Of a stretch of DNA of 64,000 nucleotides, positions 60,092 to 64,000 are shown one piece after another. This DNA is from Salisapilia sapeloensis CBS 127946 (taxonomy: Eukaryota; Protista; Oomycota): positions 1 through 64,000 of the forward strand of contig JAADVB010000036.1 in the NCBI GenBank assembly GCA_023334545.1, given 5' to 3'. The position numbers and the translations under genes were made by a program. The notes under the pieces are model-generated. The model ran no database searches. It was given only the letters and a program-made list of their open reading frames with translations, and was not told the origin of the DNA. Each line of letters opens with the position of its first letter. The first letter of the stretch is position 1.

Positions 60092-63000
60092 CTAAGCACC
60101 TCCTTTCGCCGCAGCCTTCTTCAGACGATACGCCTCCTCCTTTCCTTCAGCACGGTACTTGGCCTTCTTCCTCTCACGCTGCTCTTCTTCAAAGTGTTTC
60201 GCCTCACGAGCCTTACGCTTCGCATTCTCCGCATTCCGAGCACTCTGTCGCTCCTTGCGCGTATTCTCTCGATCTCTACGAACAGTATTCACTTGCTGCA
60301 TGAACGCATACTTGCGCTTCTCCTCTGGCTCGAGCACAACAGCACGCTTCGTCTGGTAGGATTTGTGTGCCTTCTTCTTATCCATCTTGGGTTTACTCGC
60401 GAACGGCAAGTTCTTCTGGAGCTTCGTCGGGACCTTGAGTGGCTGGAACGTACGCTCCTTCCGGTGCACTGGCTTATACAGTGAGTCTTTATTCACCGGA
60501 ATCGACAGCTTTTTCTCTCGACGAAGCTCTGCCGTCGTCTTCATCAGTCCTAACGCATCCTTCTTATTTTCCTTTTGCGTCGTCAAGAGCGACGTCACGG
60601 GGTTATACAAAGGCTTTGGCTCTACTGGCACCCACGTACGACAGAAGACAATATCACTACGCAAGATCTTGTCTTCGAACGTCGCTCGGAACTCGCCCTG
60701 TCCACCACGCACAGCCTTCTTGATCCGACCACGCACGCCACTCACGGTCCGGATGGCTGCACCTTCGAATTTGGCGACCTCTAGCTCGGAATTGAACATG
60801 TTCTTGACGAAAGCAGTCTTCTTCAGCACCTTACTCGGTTCGCCCACGAGCTTGAGCTTCTTCACGACCTTGAACGCATGATCAAGCTCTAGTACGACAC
60901 CCGTGGCGCTTACACGGAAGCCTTCATGGCTGTTCGAGAGCGTCTGGAACGCCAATACACCAGTGTTTGGTGGTGCCATCGGACCATGCAACGTCGCGTG
61001 GCAGTGCATGTGCTCTGGAGTGTACTTGAGGAAGCGATGGCGTTCATTTGCGTCTTCCGTCGAGTAGATCGGAAGGCTCTGGAAACGACGCCAACCGATG
61101 GAGAAGACGAGCGGGTCGTGGCTCTTCAGGATCTTCCGGTGCCAACGATGTTTCTTCAGACGCAGACGGACGAGACCGAGGCGCTGCTCCACCGTCGGGA
61201 GACCTCCCATCAGGATCGGTGTGCGTGGGTTATGGTACTTGACAAACTCAGCAGGTACGCCAGAGATCTCAATGCGGACATACAGGCCCGCACGGAAACC
61301 TTCGAGCTGTAGACGCATATCCTCTCCTTCCGCACCAAACTCCTCTGCGTTACGCTGTGTCTGGGCTTCACGAGCTCTCTTAGCCTCCTGCATGAGCTCG
61401 GTCATTTCCTCATCCATCTCCTCCTCCTTGTCTTCCTCCTCCTCCTTCTGATGACGCTTGGACGCTTTCTCCGCACCAAGACGCTCTCGAATCTGTTCAT
61501 CCGTCTCGTCCGCCTGCTCTTCCTCTTCTTCCTCGCTCTCAGACACATCATGCTTTTCTCCCGTCTCGAGATCTTCATACGATCCATCCACTTCCTCCTC
61601 ATCCATCCCATCTTCCTCCTCGTCGTTATTCACACGCTTCCAAGACCCTGTCACGAATCGATTACGAAGCTTTTCTAACCAACTCTCATCTCCCCATCCC
61701 TTCACATCATCTTCACCTAACTGCAAACGAGAACAGTCGAGTGCATCCGAATCTCCCGACTTGTTAGAAGAAGCCGCTGGACCATCATCTGACTTTTTCT
61801 TTCCTTTTAATTGGAAGAAATCATCTCCTCCTTCTTCATCACTATCATTCTCCCCAGCACCTTGATCCACATCTTCATCCGTCATGTGAAGCTTTTTACT
61901 ATCGCCATACACGAGCTCCATCAAATTCACATCCGATCGCTCACGCTCTAAAAAGTTTAACGCCGCACGAGACGCCAGATTCTCCTTCCACTTCAGCTGA
62001 GAAGTCTCTCCTGATGCTTCTTCTTCTTCTCCTTCTTCTCCTTCTTCTTCAGAAGACTCTTCCTCTTCCTCTTCAGACTCTTGAGCACTCGGCACGTCAT
62101 TGTCAAACACAGCTCGACGTCGAACTCGTCCCGAAGCATCCTCTTCCTTCGCTTCCGTCGGCTGACGAATCGTCTGAGGACCTTCCTCCTCACTCTCACT
62201 CTCACTCTCGCTCTCCTCTTCTTCCTCATCACTCGTCTCATCCAGCTCACCAGACTTGATCTGTGCCGTGTTCTTAAACAGCGACATACTCGATCCATGC
62301 ATACGATCATCCATTCCTTCGCCTAGACCCTGTAGACTCTGCACCATATTCACGCCTTCCGTCTCCTCTCCTTCTCGATACTCCTCTCCCTCCTGCATCA
62401 CATTCTCATTCTCGGGCTTGGTATAATTGAGCTGACTCAAGTTAATGTACATGGCATCCTTATCGTACGTAATGTTCCCGACGTCCGACATAGGAGCATA
62501 CAACAACGTGTCTTTATCCGTCAAGTGCTTCTTCGCCGCACCTTCCGCCTGCTTACTCTTGGACGCTGGTAAGGCGCATGGATCAGGCATCGACGCGATA
62601 TTATCGATGAAAAAGTCACCAGCACCGGCGATATGAACCTTGGTCTCCGGCTTCAGGTGTGTACCACGAAGGTACCCGTACAAGGTAACCTTCCGATCGA
62701 CCTGTGCGTTCTGCTGGATCGCATCTGGACTCGTCACGTCCTCAAAACGATCCGCGAGCATGTACGGATGTGTACTTCGCCATGTGAGTGGACGGAACTT
62801 GATGCGTTTAATGTACAGTGACATGTTATGAATCTCGCCCTTGGGGTACTTGTTTGACGTGACACCAGAGAGGTGGAAGAGCTTGGCACCTTGATAGATT
62901 TCCGTCCAAAATCGCTGTTTTAACTGCTTCTTCGTCTTGCGTAGATTCTTATTATGACGGAACTTGTCCAAGTGCGTGAGGACACCCATGACTTTCGGAA

Positions 63001-63517
63001 AACCGACGACCTGTAGGATATTCAGGAATTCGAACGTCTCCATCTCGAAACCAAAGCTCGCATCGATCGTCAGGAGGACGAGATCAGCGATTTTCGCTAA
63101 ATCGATCATCGCATTTAAGTCATTCGGACACTCGAAGAACGTCAGACGACGCTCCTTACTACTCACGACAGTGACTGGACCCTTAATGTCCGTCATGTTA
63201 TGACGAGTGTATCGCTTGACAAGCGACCGAATAAGTGTCGATTTACCACTACCAGGGGGTCCCATGACGACGATACTCACAGGTGGAGGTACTTCCTCCG
63301 CTCGATTCTCCAACGGTACATACTCCTTTCGATGTGCTCGGTCTAAATTCCGTTGGATGCTCTTCCGAGCTCGACTGGCTTTGGCGACTCCGAATGCCTT
63401 GGGATTATTCCGCTTCTCAGCCTCGGATACAGGCTGCTTGGATAATTCTCGACGCTTATTTTTATTAGCTTTGGCACCACTCTTGGACTTGTGGTGCGTC
63501 TTACTAGCAGACTCCAT
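60092..63517 (-). CDS. BMS1: Ribosome biogenesis GTPase BMS1, single exon
   Basis: [43 protein letters not shown], acidic AARP2CN linker, [28 protein letters not shown]. Confidence 0.97.
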   Translation of the reverse strand: MESASKTHHKSKSGAKANKNKRRELSKQPVSEAEKRNNPKAFGVAKASRARKSIQRNLDRAHRKEYVPLENRAEEVPPPVSIVVMGPPGSGKSTLIRSLVKRYTRHNMTDIKGPVTVVSSKERRLTFFECPNDLNAMIDLAKIADLVLLTIDASFGFEMETFEFLNILQVVGFPKVMGVLTHLDKFRHNKNLRKTKKQLKQRFWTEIYQGAKLFHLSGVTSNKYPKGEIHNMSLYIKRIKFRPLTWRSTHPYMLADRFEDVTSPDAIQQNAQVDRKVTLYGYLRGTHLKPETKVHIAGAGDFFIDNIASMPDPCALPASKSKQAEGAAKKHLTDKDTLLYAPMSDVGNITYDKDAMYINLSQLNYTKPENENVMQEGEEYREGEETEGVNMVQSLQGLGEGMDDRMHGSSMSLFKNTAQIKSGELDETSDEEEEESESESESEEEGPQTIRQPTEAKEEDASGRVRRRAVFDNDVPSAQESEEEEEESSEEEGEEGEEEEASGETSQLKWKENLASRAALNFLERERSDVNLMELVYGDSKKLHMTDEDVDQGAGENDSDEEGGDDFFQLKGKKKSDDGPAASSNKSGDSDALDCSRLQLGEDDVKGWGDESWLEKLRNRFVTGSWKRVNNDEEEDGMDEEEVDGSYEDLETGEKHDVSESEEEEEEQADETDEQIRERLGAEKASKRHQKEEEEDKEEEMDEEMTELMQEAKRAREAQTQRNAEEFGAEGEDMRLQLEGFRAGLYVRIEISGVPAEFVKYHNPRTPILMGGLPTVEQRLGLVRLRLKKHRWHRKILKSHDPLVFSIGWRRFQSLPIYSTEDANERHRFLKYTPEHMHCHATLHGPMAPPNTGVLAFQTLSNSHEGFRVSATGVVLELDHAFKVVKKLKLVGEPSKVLKKTAFVKNMFNSELEVAKFEGAAIRTVSGVRGRIKKAVRGGQGEFRATFEDKILRSDIVFCRTWVPVEPKPLYNPVTSLLTTQKENKKDALGLMKTTAELRREKKLSIPVNKDSLYKPVHRKERTFQPLKVPTKLQKNLPFASKPKMDKKKAHKSYQTKRAVVLEPEEKRKYAFMQQVNTVRRDRENTRKERQSARNAENAKRKAREAKHFEEEQRERKKAKYRAEGKEEAYRLKKAAAKGGA

Positions 63518-64000
63518 CTCGACCTCTAGCTCCGAGCTTGGTAACTCGAACAAGAACTGTTGGCGAGGACGACTTCAAGATAGATCATAGTCAAACCAAG
63601 TCAAGCGGAAAGGACGTATAGGTTGTACGAAGGTTGATAGAAAATACAAAGGGCCGTGTTGGGTCGCGCGATACACGTCAATGACCGTTCTCCAGTCATC
63701 TTTATGGTGACCAGTGCTCTATTACTTGCATGGAAACCTGAGAACGAAAACTTCGGTCGAACAAAGGTTCGAGCTATCTACCAAGTATAGAGGATAGAAA
63801 CTCATGAAAGGTTGAAAAACAAATTTCTAGAGACCATGATGTGTATTTCTATGGCATCTATCGAATGCATTGCTAGATAGAAACTAATGGACGTGAGATC
63901 CGCTTGCACGGGATCTTAGGCTCATCACCTGAGTCGAGCACAGTAGGACGAGGTTACTAAAGCTATACGCCAACGGTAGAAGAACGTGCAGGCACGTCTA

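Noticed and set aside
61400-62240. CTT/CTC-rich and (CTCACT)n simple repeats
   Set aside because: They simply encode the acidic Glu/Ser/Asp linker of BMS1.

Overview
Gene-dense eukaryotic DNA, about 36 protein-coding genes in 64 kb. Introns are short GT-AG type (mostly about 45-70 nt), intergenic gaps are often under 100 nt, and I see no transposon, rRNA, tRNA or CRISPR signal. The FYVE+GAF fusion, intron style and gene content point to an oomycete or related stramenopile (inference). Most genes are housekeeping: ACBP, RPL26, VPS51, VPS18, OST4, deoxyhypusine synthase, cytochrome c peroxidase, kinesin-14, mitochondrial DnaJ, UBA4/MOCS3, NSUN2, PP2C phosphatases, a CAMKK-like kinase and BMS1. 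The standout is an 8-exon, 295-aa LarB-family gene (nickel-pincer cofactor biosynthesis carboxylase/hydrolase family) at 35637-36955 on the minus strand. The ORF track shows it only as fragments. It carries a mitochondrial-presequence-like N-terminal extension and sits head-to-head with a 3-exon ABM-fold gene. Other oddities: RPL26 has its start codon split by an intron (A|TG) and an unusually long second intron with three GTAAGT donors; two MscS-like paralogs have stop codons 10 nt apart; a kinesin-like protein has lost its ATPase motifs; and an IQM-like protein may hide a toxin-like fold. All exon structures were assembled by eye and all family assignments come from motif recognition, not database searches.
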